A DNA stretch of 47,472 nucleotides from a virus (lineage: Duplodnaviria; Heunggongvirae; Uroviricota; Caudoviricetes). The DNA lies in IMG/VR virus record IMGVR_UViG_2698536559_000020. One strand, written 5' to 3'. Positions 25,739 through 35,914 of the stretch are shown here, in pieces; the stretch's first letter is position 1; each line of letters opens with the position of its first letter. Made by a program: the position numbers and the translations under genes. Below the pieces are notes generated by a model, which was given only the letters and a program-made list of their open reading frames with translations, made no database searches and was not told where the DNA came from.

Positions 25739-27379
25739 ATGATAGTCGATAAAAATGGCAGACCTTTTCCGCAACAGACGGAAAAAAAACGCGCACTGAA
25801 TGACAGCGGGCGTATCCCCTACGACTCTGCCGGTTTCTCGCACGGTTCGGTGGCGGGCTGGAACCCGGTACTGTGGTCACCGGACAATGAAGTGAATATC
25901 TGGCGCAACCGTATGGTTGCCAGAATGCGCGACCTTGTCCGCAATGACGGCTGGGCGAATGGCAGTATCACCCGCCTGCTGGACAATGCCATGGGGGTGG
26001 TTTTTCGCCCGAGGATGAAGCCTGACTACCGGATGCTGGCAGAGATGACCGGCAACCGGGCATTTGATGCAGACTGGGCGGATGAGTACGGGCGTTGTGT
26101 GGAAGCGCACTGGCGCAACTGGGCCGGTGATGCCGGGTGTTACTGCGACCTTGAGCGCAGACAGACCCTGCCACAGCTTTTCCGGCTGGCATTCCGCCAC
26201 AAGATGGTCGACGGCGATGCGCTGGCGGTCATCCACTGGCGACCGGACAGAATAGCCCCCGGTCGCGGGCGCTACAGTACGGTGGTGCAGGTGATTGACC
26301 CTGACCGGCTGAGTAACCCGAACGATGCGTTTGACCAGCCGCATATCCGTGGCGGTGTGGAAATTGACGCGGACGGGGTGCCGGTGGCCTATCACATCCG
26401 GTCCGCACACATGGGGGACTGGTGGAGCGGCAGTGACACGATGCACTGGGAACGCGTGCCGCGTGAAACGTCGTGGGGAAGGCCGGTGGTGGTGCATGAC
26501 TTTGATCATGACCGTGCGGGCCAGCACCGTGGTGTCGGTATTCTCAATCCCGTGGTTCAGCGTCTGAAAATGCTCATCAAGTACGACCAGGTGGAGCTGG
26601 AAGCCGCCATCATCAATGCCATGTTCGGTTTTTTCATCACGTCGCCCTATGACCCGAAACTGACAGAAGATCTGATGAGTGACGCGGAGGTGATTAATGG
26701 CTACCAGGATGCGCGCATGAAGTATCACGATACTAACCGGATTTCGATGTCGGGCGTGCGTATTCCCATCACGTTCCCCGGCGAAGAGCCAAAAGCCGTG
26801 AGCGCCGCCCGCCCGGTCAGTAACTTCAAGGAGTTCGAGGGCACGGTGCTCAGGAATATTGCCGCCGCGCTGGGGCTGTCCACCCAGCAGGTGACGCAGG
26901 ACTGGTCTGATGTGAATTACAGCTCTGCCCGTGCGGCACTTCTTGAGGCGTGGAAAACACTGACCCGCCGTCGTGATGAGTTTGCGGTTGGCTTTGCCCA
27001 GCCGGTGCTGACGGCGTTTCTGGAAGAGCTGCACGAAGAAGAGGATTTGCCGCTGCCTGCGGGTGCACCGGACTTTCTGGCGGCACGGGCTGCTTACACC
27101 CGCGCCCAGTGGATGGGACCGGGGCGCGGCTGGGTGGATCCGGTCGCGGAGAAAAAAGGGGCGATTCTGGCGATGGAGGCCGGCATGTCCACGCTGGAAA
27201 TCGAAGTGGCCGAGAACGTGGGGGAAGATTTCGAGGATATTCTCGACCAGCGGGCGCGTGAAGAGCGGGCCTTTAAGGAAAGAGGCCTGACACCGCCTTC
27301 CTGGTTTCAGGCAGAGCAGTTTGCCCCCACACCGACGGGGAGCGCCCCGGCAGAGCCGAAGGAGCCTGATGTTTCATGA
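25739..27379 (+). CDS. portal protein (lambda gpB family)
   Basis: …RDLVRNDGWANGSI… and overall similarity to lambda B. Confidence 0.85.
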   Translation: MIVDKNGRPFPQQTEKKRALNDSGRIPYDSAGFSHGSVAGWNPVLWSPDNEVNIWRNRMVARMRDLVRNDGWANGSITRLLDNAMGVVFRPRMKPDYRMLAEMTGNRAFDADWADEYGRCVEAHWRNWAGDAGCYCDLERRQTLPQLFRLAFRHKMVDGDALAVIHWRPDRIAPGRGRYSTVVQVIDPDRLSNPNDAFDQPHIRGGVEIDADGVPVAYHIRSAHMGDWWSGSDTMHWERVPRETSWGRPVVVHDFDHDRAGQHRGVGILNPVVQRLKMLIKYDQVELEAAIINAMFGFFITSPYDPKLTEDLMSDAEVINGYQDARMKYHDTNRISMSGVRIPITFPGEEPKAVSAARPVSNFKEFEGTVLRNIAAALGLSTQQVTQDWSDVNYSSARAALLEAWKTLTRRRDEFAVGFAQPVLTAFLEELHEEEDLPLPAGAPDFLAARAAYTRAQWMGPGRGWVDPVAEKKGAILAMEAGMSTLEIEVAENVGEDFEDILDQRAREERAFKERGLTPPSWFQAEQFAPTPTGSAPAEPKEPDVS

Positions 27380-28236
27380 ATCAACTTGCACTGTTAAGCC
27401 AGCGCCTGCTGAACACGCCGCTGGCCCTTCATCCGCGAAAAGCGGAAATCATTGTTACGGCACTGGCAGAACGACTCGGGATCACCCGGATAAAAACGGG
27501 GGCCTGGTATGACGATGATGAAGACGATTTCTGCCGTCCCGCCCGTGAAAGCGGGTACGACATTCTGGAGGGGATCGCCGTTATTCCCGTGCACGGCACC
27601 CTGGTACAGAAACTGGGGATGCTGCGGCCTTACTCCGGCATGACGGGGTATGACGGCATCCGGCGAAATTTTCTGACGGCGCTTAACGACCCTGATGTGA
27701 AGGGCATCTGTCTTGATATCGATTCCCCCGGCGGAGAAGTGGCCGGGTGTTTTGATCTGGTGGACACGATTTTTGCCTGTCGCGGGCAGAAACCGGTGCA
27801 CGCCATTCTCTCGGAGTCGGCGTACTCGGCGGCCTATGCCCTTGCCAGCGCCGCCGACCGGATCCTGGTCCCCCGCACGGGTGGCGTGGGGTCCGTTGGT
27901 GTCATCTATGTGCACTGTGACATGTCGCGCCAGATGAAGGATGAAGGGCTGAACGTGACCATCATCACCTGTGGCAGCCGGAAGGCGGAGACCAGTCCGC
28001 TGCGTCCGCTGAGTGAGGCGGCACAGGCAGCACTTCAGGCGGACATTGACGCCGCAGGTACGCTTTTTATCGAAACCGTTGCCCGCAACCGTGGCATCAG
28101 CGCGGATGCGGTGCGTGCACTTGAGGCCCGGACGTTACGGGCTGACGAAGGGGTGCAGGCAGGTCTTGCCGACGATGTGATGTCACCGGATGAGGCCTTT
28201 TCTTTTCTGTTAAAGGAGACAGCAAACAATGCGTAA
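27376..28236 (+). CDS. head maturation protease (lambda gpC / S49 family)
   Basis: …LRPYSGMTGYDGI…DIDSPGGEVAG… matches lambda C. Confidence 0.8.
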   Translation: MNQLALLSQRLLNTPLALHPRKAEIIVTALAERLGITRIKTGAWYDDDEDDFCRPARESGYDILEGIAVIPVHGTLVQKLGMLRPYSGMTGYDGIRRNFLTALNDPDVKGICLDIDSPGGEVAGCFDLVDTIFACRGQKPVHAILSESAYSAAYALASAADRILVPRTGGVGSVGVIYVHCDMSRQMKDEGLNVTIITCGSRKAETSPLRPLSEAAQAALQADIDAAGTLFIETVARNRGISADAVRALEARTLRADEGVQAGLADDVMSPDEAFSFLLKETANNA

Positions 28237-28801
28237 ATTTTCTTTCATGCACCTGGTAGGCATGGGCGGTCGTTCGCGAATGGATGACGATCCGGAGGAC
28301 AAACGCGACGACGAGAATGCGGAGGAGGACGAGGACCGCCGCGAAAGTCGTAAGGCACGCTCCCGTGCGGATGACGATAACGACGACGGGCAGGCGGAGG
28401 AGGACGAGGACCGCCGCGAAAGCCGCAAGGCGCGCTCCCGTGCGGATGATGACGATAACGACGACGATGAAAACGCAGAAGACGACAATGACGAAGAAAA
28501 GGCCCGCGCCAGCGAACGTCATCGCTGCGCAGCCATCTTCGCCACGCCGTATGCAGCGAAAAATCCGGCCCTTGCCGCAGAGCTGGCCTTCAACACCCGC
28601 ATGAGTGTGAAACAGGCCAGAGCGGTGATGAAAGCGGCGGTGGCAGGAGGCGCAGGTCAGAAAGGTGGACTGACTGCCCGTATGCAGTATGCACCACAGC
28701 CGGGAACCGGACGTGATGTCCGCCCTGCACCGACGGAGGCGCACGCGATGGCACAGCACGCCATGAAACTGTACAACGAGGCTATGGGGGGTAAAGCATA
28801 A
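28229..28801 (+). CDS. scaffolding protein (Nu3-like) with acidic internal direct repeat
   Basis: C-terminal segment resembles lambda Nu3; two copies of EEDEDRRESRKARSRADDD. Confidence 0.55.
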   Translation: MRKFSFMHLVGMGGRSRMDDDPEDKRDDENAEEDEDRRESRKARSRADDDNDDGQAEEDEDRRESRKARSRADDDDNDDDENAEDDNDEEKARASERHRCAAIFATPYAAKNPALAAELAFNTRMSVKQARAVMKAAVAGGAGQKGGLTARMQYAPQPGTGRDVRPAPTEAHAMAQHAMKLYNEAMGGKA

Positions 28802-29202
28802 TGAGCACATACGGAAACAACCCGTCGGCACCGGGTTACTGGTCGGACGCATACCAGCCGGACCAGCTGCTGTGCGGACCGCTTCAGGTGGTCACAAAAA
28901 CCGTGACCATCACCGGAGGAGAGGTATACCTGCGCGGTACGGTGCTGGGGCGCATCACGGAAAGCGGCGCGTACACCCTCTGCACACAGGGGACGGGGGT
29001 GACGGACGGCAGCGAAACGCCGGTGGCGATTCTGGCTGACCTGGCGGATTCTTCCTCCGGTGATGTGCTGGCTGGCGTCTACCTGATGGGTGAGTTCAAC
29101 GCAAACCGGGTCATTTTTGATGAAAGCTGGGACATTGACGATCTGTGCGTGGCGCTGGAGAAAGAGAAAATCTTTCTGCGCAACCCGGTCACGGTGCCCT
29201 GA
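28801..29202 (+). CDS. head decoration protein (lambda gpD-like)
   Basis: size and position between scaffold and major capsid. Confidence 0.6.
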   Translation: MSTYGNNPSAPGYWSDAYQPDQLLCGPLQVVTKTVTITGGEVYLRGTVLGRITESGAYTLCTQGTGVTDGSETPVAILADLADSSSGDVLAGVYLMGEFNANRVIFDESWDIDDLCVALEKEKIFLRNPVTVP

Positions 29203-29257
29203 TCCCCACTGAGAGCCTGACAGCCGCATGATGCGGCTTTTTTTATGGAATTTTTTC

Positions 29258-30313
29258 ATGAGCGAAAAAGACTTTAATCTGCTGTACGACACCGCGTTTC
29301 TGGCGCAGGTGGTGCCGAACCTGTTTGTGGCCCAGAACTGGCTGCTGGACAGTTTCTTCCCGAATATCGTGCTGAGCGATACGGAGTCCGTGGCCATTGA
29401 CGTGGAAGTGGGCGCACGCCGTATGTCGCCGTTCTGCTCCCCTCTGGTGGAAGGACCAATGGTTGAGGCCCTGCCGTATCAGACCAACATCTTCAAACCG
29501 GCCTACATCAAGGACAAGCGCGTTCCCGATTTGCTTCGTCCGGTGCGCCGTATGATCGGCGAACGCCTGGGCGGGCGTGAGTACACGCCAGCAGAGCGTG
29601 CAATGCTGAACCTCCAGTACGAGATGGCCGACCAGATCAACATGCTGAACCGTCGTCTTGAATGGATGGCGGCACAGGCGCTCCAGTACGCGAAGGTGAC
29701 GATAGCCGGTGAGGGCTACCCGACCACGGAAGTGGATTTTCGTCGTGACAGTGACCTGACGGTGACGCTGAGCGGTGATGATGTCTGGCCTTCTGAGGAA
29801 AGCAGCACGATCCCGACCACCTGCCTGGAGGCGTGGGCGACGCTGATGCTGAAAAAATCCGGTGCGTACCCGACCGAGGTGATTTTCACGCCGTCGGCCT
29901 GGAAGGCGTTCATGAACGACAGCTTCATTCGTGAGAACGCCATCAACATGCCCGCCCTGAACCCGACCAGCAACGTGGTGAACCCGGGGACGCAGATCAA
30001 CACCGGTGCGGTGTACAAGGGCAAATGGGGTAACTTCAACCTCTGGCTGTATAACGACTGGTTCATCGATCCGGATGACGGAACCGAAAAACCGATGCTG
30101 GATGACGGCAACGTCATTCTGACCGGAGCAGCCCTGATGGGAACCCGCGCGTTCGCCTGCATCATGGATCCGGCGTTTAATTACGGCCAGATGGCCTATG
30201 CCCCGAAAATGTGGGATCAGCAGGATCCGGCACAGCGTTTCCTGATGATGCAGTCGGCACCGATTGTCATCCCGTCCCGTGTCAATGCGTGCCTGTGCGC
30301 GTCGGTGGTGTGA
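29258..30313 (+). CDS. major capsid protein (lambda gpE family)
   Basis: C-terminal …GTRAFACIMDPAF…DPAQRFLMMQSAPIV… aligns with lambda E. Confidence 0.8.
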   Translation: MSEKDFNLLYDTAFLAQVVPNLFVAQNWLLDSFFPNIVLSDTESVAIDVEVGARRMSPFCSPLVEGPMVEALPYQTNIFKPAYIKDKRVPDLLRPVRRMIGERLGGREYTPAERAMLNLQYEMADQINMLNRRLEWMAAQALQYAKVTIAGEGYPTTEVDFRRDSDLTVTLSGDDVWPSEESSTIPTTCLEAWATLMLKKSGAYPTEVIFTPSAWKAFMNDSFIRENAINMPALNPTSNVVNPGTQINTGAVYKGKWGNFNLWLYNDWFIDPDDGTEKPMLDDGNVILTGAALMGTRAFACIMDPAFNYGQMAYAPKMWDQQDPAQRFLMMQSAPIVIPSRVNACLCASVV

Positions 30314-30314
30314 G

Positions 30315-30500
30315 ATGGCGTCCGGCAAAAAGGGCGCGCCGGTTGACTATGTTGTGCTGCGTGGTTGTGTGCAGCACAACGGACAACGGGTGGCGCAGGG
30401 CCATGTGATCACCCTGAGCGAAAGTGAGGCGCAGCGTCTTCTGCGCCTGGGGGTGATTGTTTCACTGGCGGAGATGAAGGGTGATGACCGGACCGGTTGA
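30315..30500 (+). CDS. hypothetical head-associated protein (61 aa)
   Basis: ORF directly after capsid gene. Confidence 0.4.
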   Translation: MASGKKGAPVDYVVLRGCVQHNGQRVAQGHVITLSESEAQRLLRLGVIVSLAEMKGDDRTG

Positions 30501-30816
30501 CTGGGACAAAAACCTGCTCTCCCCGTTGTTCGGGGTGTTTGGTGAGGAGTGCGAACACCGCCCGCGTGGCGGTGAGGCGTACCGGCTGACGGGGATTTTT
30601 GACCGGGCGTACACGCAGCAGCTTGTCGGCGAGGACGGGGGCACGGAATCAAACTCCACGCTGCCCGTGCTGGGTGTGCGGGATGCGGAATGCCGCGTGA
30701 AGCCGAAGCAGGGCGATATTTTTCTCATCGTGCGGACGGGGAAGCTGTATATCGTGCGGGATGTGCAGCCGGACAGCCACGGCGGCACGCGTCTTGAACT
30801 GAACAGGGTGAAGTGA
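30481..30816 (+). CDS. head-tail connector / head completion protein (tentative)
   Basis: position and size in morphogenesis operon. Confidence 0.45.
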   Translation: MMTGPVDWDKNLLSPLFGVFGEECEHRPRGGEAYRLTGIFDRAYTQQLVGEDGGTESNSTLPVLGVRDAECRVKPKQGDIFLIVRTGKLYIVRDVQPDSHGGTRLELNRVK

Positions 30817-31376
30817 TGAATACCGCAGAAGTCAGAAAAATTGTCACCAGGGCACTGAGTGACGCCACCGGGGCTGGCTGGAAAGTGTATTCCCCGCGCA
30901 CCCTGCCGGTAATGCCCGATCAGTATCCGCTAGTCATTGTGTCCGTGCAGACCGAACACAAGGTGTCACAGGGGCGGCATGTGCCGCAGTACACGACCAC
31001 GACGACGTTGCGTATCGACGGTCGCGTACTGGCGTATGCCAGCGGTGACGATACGGAGAGCGCAGCCGGTGTTGCGTGGGAAGAGGCGGAGGCGATGAAG
31101 GAGGCGTTAGAGCGTGCCATCATCGGTAATCCGGACGTCCGCATGAAGTTTCAGCAAATCAGCAATATCCGGGCGCATATCGGTGTGGACTCCGAAGGTG
31201 AAGGACACGCCGGCATTGTGGTGCTGGAGCTGGATCTGGAGTACTACCAGGGGCCGGAGGATTTCTTCCCGTCTGAGATCGTGCCACTGCGTGAGGTGAA
31301 CGTTCGCGGCGTGCATCCGCCACTCCACCTTCATTTTGATTTGCCTGCCGGTGATGAAACCGGCAGCGAAACCTGA
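30813..31376 (+). CDS. tail completion / neck protein (tentative)
   Basis: position and size. Confidence 0.45.
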   Translation: MMNTAEVRKIVTRALSDATGAGWKVYSPRTLPVMPDQYPLVIVSVQTEHKVSQGRHVPQYTTTTTLRIDGRVLAYASGDDTESAAGVAWEEAEAMKEALERAIIGNPDVRMKFQQISNIRAHIGVDSEGEGHAGIVVLELDLEYYQGPEDFFPSEIVPLREVNVRGVHPPLHLHFDLPAGDETGSET

Positions 31377-31389
31377 CAGGAGAAATTCC

Positions 31390-31626
31390 ATGTTTGTGAA
31401 ACCTGTACCGGGGCGCAGGGTGCGCTATCCCGGCGACCCGTCACGTCTGCTGCCTGATGAGGGGGCCGAGGTGCCGGATCGTGATTTGTTCTGGCGACGC
31501 CGCCTGAAGCAGGGGGATGTGGTGCTGGCTGACAGGGCCACCACGGCAGCCACCGGCAAAGTGACCGCGTCCACGACAGGAACAGGCAGCACGTCTGCCA
31601 CCACAGCGAAAGGGGGTGATGCATGA
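31390..31626 (+). CDS. DUF2635-like small protein preceding the tail sheath
   Basis: …VRYPGDPSRLLPDEGAEVPDRDLFWRRRLKQGDVV… resembles the small conserved gene upstream of sheath genes in Mu-like tails; GGAGA SD. Confidence 0.5.
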   Translation: MFVKPVPGRRVRYPGDPSRLLPDEGAEVPDRDLFWRRRLKQGDVVLADRATTAATGKVTASTTGTGSTSATTAKGGDA

Positions 31627-33125
31627 CGGTCTCGTTCAGCAATATCCCGACAAATCTCCGTGTGCCACTGTTCTACGTCGAAGTGGACAACTCGATGGCG
31701 AACAGCGCCACGGAGACACAGCGCACACTGCTGATTGGTCAGATGACGGCAGAGGGGACCGCCACGGCAGGGACGGCATACCGCTGTTCGTCGGCCTCCA
31801 CGGCAGCCGGACTGTGTGGTGAAGGCTCAATGCTGCATACCATGCTGACAGCCTACCTTAAAAACGACAGCTACGGAGAGACCTGGCTGCTGCCGCTGGC
31901 AGATGATGACAGCAGCATGACGACGGCCACGGGCAGCATATCTGTTGACAGTGTGCCGACGGCATCCGGCGTCATTTACCTGTACATCGCAGGGACCCGT
32001 GTTCGCCTGACGGTGAAGTCAACGCACACGCAGTCGGAGATAGCCAGTCTGCTGGCGGCAAAAATTAATGCAACCTCTGCGCTGCCGGTGACCGCATCGG
32101 TGGCCAGCGACGGCACGACCATTGAACTCACCGCCAGAAATAGCGGCGAGGTGGGGAACACCATTGACATCCGGCTGAACTATCACGGGTCATCCGGCGG
32201 CGAGTCCACCCCGGACGGCCTGACGCTGACCATCACGGCGATGAGCGGTGGCGAAGGTGCACCGGACCTTGCGGATGCGCTCGCCTCTCTGGGCGACCGC
32301 TCGTTTGATTTCATTGTCCTTGCTTATCCGGACACCACATCGCTCAACGATATGAAGGATTTTCTGTCGGATGACGAAGGGCGCTGGGCGTGGGACAAAC
32401 AAATCTACGGTCATGCCTTCACGGCGGCGAGCGGCAGCTACGGCGAGCTGGCGGACAAGGGAGAAAGCCGCAACGACCGGCACATGACCCTCTGGGGCGT
32501 GTATGACGGTCCGAACACTTCGTATGATTATGCTGCCGCGATGGTGGGAGCGCTGGCGCAGTCGGTCCGCAACGATCCGGCGAGACCCACCCAGACGCTG
32601 TCGGTGTCCGGTGTGCTGGCCCCGCCGCTGGCAAGTCGTTTCACCCTGACGGAGCGGAACGCGCTTCTCTACAGCGGCATCTCAACTTTCACGGTGTCGG
32701 ACGACGATACGGTGACGCTTGAGAACACCATCACCACGTACCAGACCAACGGCTACGGTGCGGCGGACGACAGCTACCTGCAGATCGAGACGATGTACAC
32801 ACTGATGTATGTGATGCGCTCCATGAAGACGCAGGTGACGTCGAAGATGGGGCGGATGAAGCTGGCGGACGATGGCGCGAATATTCCGGCAGGGAGTGCG
32901 ATTGTCACCCCGTCGATCATCCGGGCCGAACTGATTGCTCAGTTCAACACGCTGGCGAACAACGGCTACGTACAGGATGCGGATGCGTTTGCGGAGCAAC
33001 TGGTGGTTGAACGTGACAGTGACAACCCGAACCGCGTGAACGTGGTGTGGCCGGGTCGCCTGATGAACCAGCTGCGCATCTTTGCGGTGCTGAACCAGTT
33101 CAGGCTGAACAGCAGCAGTGATTAA
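31623..33125 (+). CDS. contractile tail sheath protein
   Basis: 500 aa, position before tube and tape measure, Mu-like tail module. Confidence 0.8.
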   Translation: MTVSFSNIPTNLRVPLFYVEVDNSMANSATETQRTLLIGQMTAEGTATAGTAYRCSSASTAAGLCGEGSMLHTMLTAYLKNDSYGETWLLPLADDDSSMTTATGSISVDSVPTASGVIYLYIAGTRVRLTVKSTHTQSEIASLLAAKINATSALPVTASVASDGTTIELTARNSGEVGNTIDIRLNYHGSSGGESTPDGLTLTITAMSGGEGAPDLADALASLGDRSFDFIVLAYPDTTSLNDMKDFLSDDEGRWAWDKQIYGHAFTAASGSYGELADKGESRNDRHMTLWGVYDGPNTSYDYAAAMVGALAQSVRNDPARPTQTLSVSGVLAPPLASRFTLTERNALLYSGISTFTVSDDDTVTLENTITTYQTNGYGAADDSYLQIETMYTLMYVMRSMKTQVTSKMGRMKLADDGANIPAGSAIVTPSIIRAELIAQFNTLANNGYVQDADAFAEQLVVERDSDNPNRVNVVWPGRLMNQLRIFAVLNQFRLNSSSD

Positions 33126-33164
33126 CCATGATGCCGCCTGCGGGCGGCTTGTTTACGGGAGACG

Positions 33165-33530
33165 ATGATGAGTCAGAATGCGTTAGCGGGCACCTGTACT
33201 GTGACGATTGACGGCGTGTCGGTCAATGTGGCCGGGACGTTCAAATATTCCGTGGGTGACATTGAGCGTGAAACGCTCACGGGGATGAGTGGCGTGCACG
33301 GGTTTAAGGAGTCATACAGGGCGCCGTTCATTGAGATGACGGTGCGTGATTCCGGTTCGCTGTCACTGAAGGATTTTGCGGCATATACGGATGTGACGGT
33401 GGCAGCCTATCTGGTGAACGGCAAGACGATTGTCGGCCAGAACATGTGGCTGGTTGGCCGGATTGAGACAGACAACAACGATGCAACCTTTACGGCCCGT
33501 TTTGAAGGGCAAACGGTGTCGGAGAGCTGA
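33165..33530 (+). CDS. tail tube protein
   Basis: about 120 aa directly after sheath. Confidence 0.65.
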   Translation: MMSQNALAGTCTVTIDGVSVNVAGTFKYSVGDIERETLTGMSGVHGFKESYRAPFIEMTVRDSGSLSLKDFAAYTDVTVAAYLVNGKTIVGQNMWLVGRIETDNNDATFTARFEGQTVSES

Positions 33531-33811
33531 TGATGAATGAGAAACAGACAGAAGAACTGGTGGTTACCCTGAAACGTCCGGTGAAGGATCCGGATACCAG
33601 GACGGAGTTCCGTGAGCTGCGCCTGAAAGAGCCGGTGCTGTTCCAGGCGGAGGACTTTCACCGCAATACCGCCTCACTGGGCGCAATGGCGGCCATGCGT
33701 GAGCTGATTGCGGCAGTGGCGGGTGTGCCGTCTGCCCCGCTGAAGTTCATGGCGGTGTCCGATTACAAAAAGTGCGAACGGTTCCTGACGGGTTTTTTCC
33801 TGGAAGCCTGA
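33530..33811 (+). CDS. tail assembly chaperone (short form)
   Basis: small gene between tube and tape measure with slippery site near its 3' end. Confidence 0.6.
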   Translation: MMNEKQTEELVVTLKRPVKDPDTRTEFRELRLKEPVLFQAEDFHRNTASLGAMAAMRELIAAVAGVPSAPLKFMAVSDYKKCERFLTGFFLEA

Positions 33812-33957
33812 GCCAGTGGCAGGCGAGGGCGGCTGAACTGACGTGGTTCTTTCGCTGGTCCCCGCGCGAGGCGTGGGGGCTGACCGCCGGTGAAATCCTG
33901 TGGTGGACGTCACAGGCGGTGCGGATCAACAGACTGAGGAGTGGCGATGGCGGGTAA
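33530..33957 (+). CDS. tail assembly chaperone, -1 frameshift-extended form (slip at T_TTT_TTC, 33793-33799)
   Basis: canonical X_XXY_YYZ heptamer; -1 frame stays open to 33957 and overlaps the tape measure start. Confidence 0.5.
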
Positions 33958-35914
33958 TGCTTTCAATTTTGAGCTGAATGCAAAGGACAACGCGAGTGCG
34001 CTTTTACAGAGAGCCTCAGAGGCTGCCGGTTCGCTGGCGGGTAACGCAGAGCAGGCGGCCGCCTGCGTGTCGTCACTGTGTGACGGTCTTGATGCGGTGA
34101 ATGAAACGCCCCTGAGCGGGGCATCCGGTGCGGCAGATGCGCTGGGCGGGAAGATAACGCAGATCCACGACTCGGTAACGCTACTGATGAATGCGCTGCT
34201 GGCCACAGACAGTGCGGGCAACAGGGCGCTGGGAAAGGAGAGTCAGGAGAATGCGGACAGGATGTCCGGATATTTTGAACGTCTGTCCCGGCTGGGGAAA
34301 GACACATCACAGCACTTCGGGGATATTGTGCCGCCGCTGCGCAATGTCGGGGCACTGTCATCAGAGCTGTTCAGTGCGCTGGGGCGCGGAGGTCTTGCGG
34401 GGCTTGCGGTCGCTGGCGGTGGCATGGCGGTGAAGGCGGTCGTCAGTCATCTTTATGATGCCTCGAAAGCGGCATACAGCCTTGATGTGAACGCAAGAAA
34501 CGCCGGAATGAGTGTGAGTGCGTTCAGCCGGTTTGCCGGGGTGTTCCGCCTGATGGGGCTGTCGGCAGAGCAGGCGCAGGCGGAGACCGGTTCACTGTTC
34601 ACGACACTGAACGATGCGCTGAACACCCGTTCACCGGAGGTGGTGGGCATACTGAATCAGTTTGGCGTGAAGCTGGCGGAGAACAGCAACCACACGGTGA
34701 ATCTTGAGAAAAGCACGCAGAACCTGACTGACGCCTTCGGGCGGATGAACAGCTCATCGCAGAAGGTGGTGGCGGACGCACTGGGGCTGTCAGATGCACA
34801 ACTGGCGCTGCTGCGGGGAACAAAAAACCTGAATGCGGCGCTGGCGGAGTCCGATCGCCTGAAACTGACGATGCCGGACAGCCTGAACGCAAAGCTGGTT
34901 CAGGCGAACAGCAACCTGAACCTTCTGTCTGCTGCGTGGGACGGCTTCACTGACAGAGTGAAGGCGAAAGTGCTGGGCAGTGATGCCGTCACCGCCTCTG
35001 TTGACTGGGCGGTTGACGTCATGAGCGACAGGCGCAGCAGCCAGCAGAAAACGGGTGATCATCTGTCAGAGCTGCGCAGTTATCTGTATGCGCATCCGGA
35101 GAAACTGAAGTCACTGACGTCGCGGCAGAGATACAATCTCGATAACAATATTGCGACATCCGATCTTCTGGAGATGTATACACGGCTGTCCGGTCAGCGG
35201 TCCGACAGGCTGAATGCGCTCACGGCAACGCTGAGTGATGACCTGGCAGCGGCGCTGTCGGCGCCGTCACAGGCGATATCACAACCTCCCTCATCATCAC
35301 CGCAAGGTGGTACAGGTCACAACGACATCACCCCTGAACTGCTGGCACATTTTGCGGCGCTGGAGAAGCAGTACAACCTTCCGGCAAACACGCTGTACGG
35401 TCTGGCCATGACGGAGTCGTCGGGACGGGCGGATGCGGTCGGGCCGCTCACCCGTTACGGTGCGGCAAAGGGGATGTTTCAGTTCATCGACCCGACGGCG
35501 CGGGAGTTCGGGCTTTCCGGCATGGATGTGTTTAACCCTTACCGGGCCTCGGAGGCGGCGGCCAGAAAACTGGCGGGGCTGATGGCGCAGTATGGTGGTG
35601 ACATGCAGCGCGCCTTTCAGGCGTACAACTGGGGCGAAGGCAACATGAGTGCCTGGCTTCGCGGACATAAGGGGATGCCGCAGGAGACGCAGGCCTACGC
35701 GCCGAAGGTACTCAGGCACATGTCACAGATATCCGGCGGCAGCATCATCACGCCGCAGTCCGGCAGTTCAGTGGCAGACGTGCGGGATGAAATCAGTCGC
35801 GGTTTCAGCGAAAACAAAATCCGGCTGGACATTAACGTCACCAACACGACCACGGGGCAGACAACCCGCCGGACGGTGAAGGGAGGCGCGGTGTCCACGG
35901 CGATGGATGTGTGA
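33941..35914 (+). CDS. tail tape measure protein with C-terminal lytic transglycosylase domain
   Basis: 657 aa, helical repeats, C-terminal SLT-like motif (…GMFQFIDPTAREFGL…). Confidence 0.8.
   Translation: MAMAGNAFNFELNAKDNASALLQRASEAAGSLAGNAEQAAACVSSLCDGLDAVNETPLSGASGAADALGGKITQIHDSVTLLMNALLATDSAGNRALGKESQENADRMSGYFERLSRLGKDTSQHFGDIVPPLRNVGALSSELFSALGRGGLAGLAVAGGGMAVKAVVSHLYDASKAAYSLDVNARNAGMSVSAFSRFAGVFRLMGLSAEQAQAETGSLFTTLNDALNTRSPEVVGILNQFGVKLAENSNHTVNLEKSTQNLTDAFGRMNSSSQKVVADALGLSDAQLALLRGTKNLNAALAESDRLKLTMPDSLNAKLVQANSNLNLLSAAWDGFTDRVKAKVLGSDAVTASVDWAVDVMSDRRSSQQKTGDHLSELRSYLYAHPEKLKSLTSRQRYNLDNNIATSDLLEMYTRLSGQRSDRLNALTATLSDDLAAALSAPSQAISQPPSSSPQGGTGHNDITPELLAHFAALEKQYNLPANTLYGLAMTESSGRADAVGPLTRYGAAKGMFQFIDPTAREFGLSGMDVFNPYRASEAAARKLAGLMAQYGGDMQRAFQAYNWGEGNMSAWLRGHKGMPQETQAYAPKVLRHMSQISGGSIITPQSGSSVADVRDEISRGFSENKIRLDINVTNTTTGQTTRRTVKGGAVSTAMDV

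Noticed and set aside
23743-27034. Long minus-strand ORFs (for example 23743..24477, 24478..25308, 25877..27034 at 385 aa) opposite the terminase and portal genes
   Set aside because: They lie antisense to strongly supported terL and portal genes in GC-rich DNA, have Arg/Pro/His-rich composition and no RBS; typical shadow ORFs.
29243-30328. 361-aa minus-strand ORF opposite the major capsid gene
   Set aside because: Antisense shadow of the gpE-like capsid gene; composition is GC-skew junk (Arg/His/Gly-rich).
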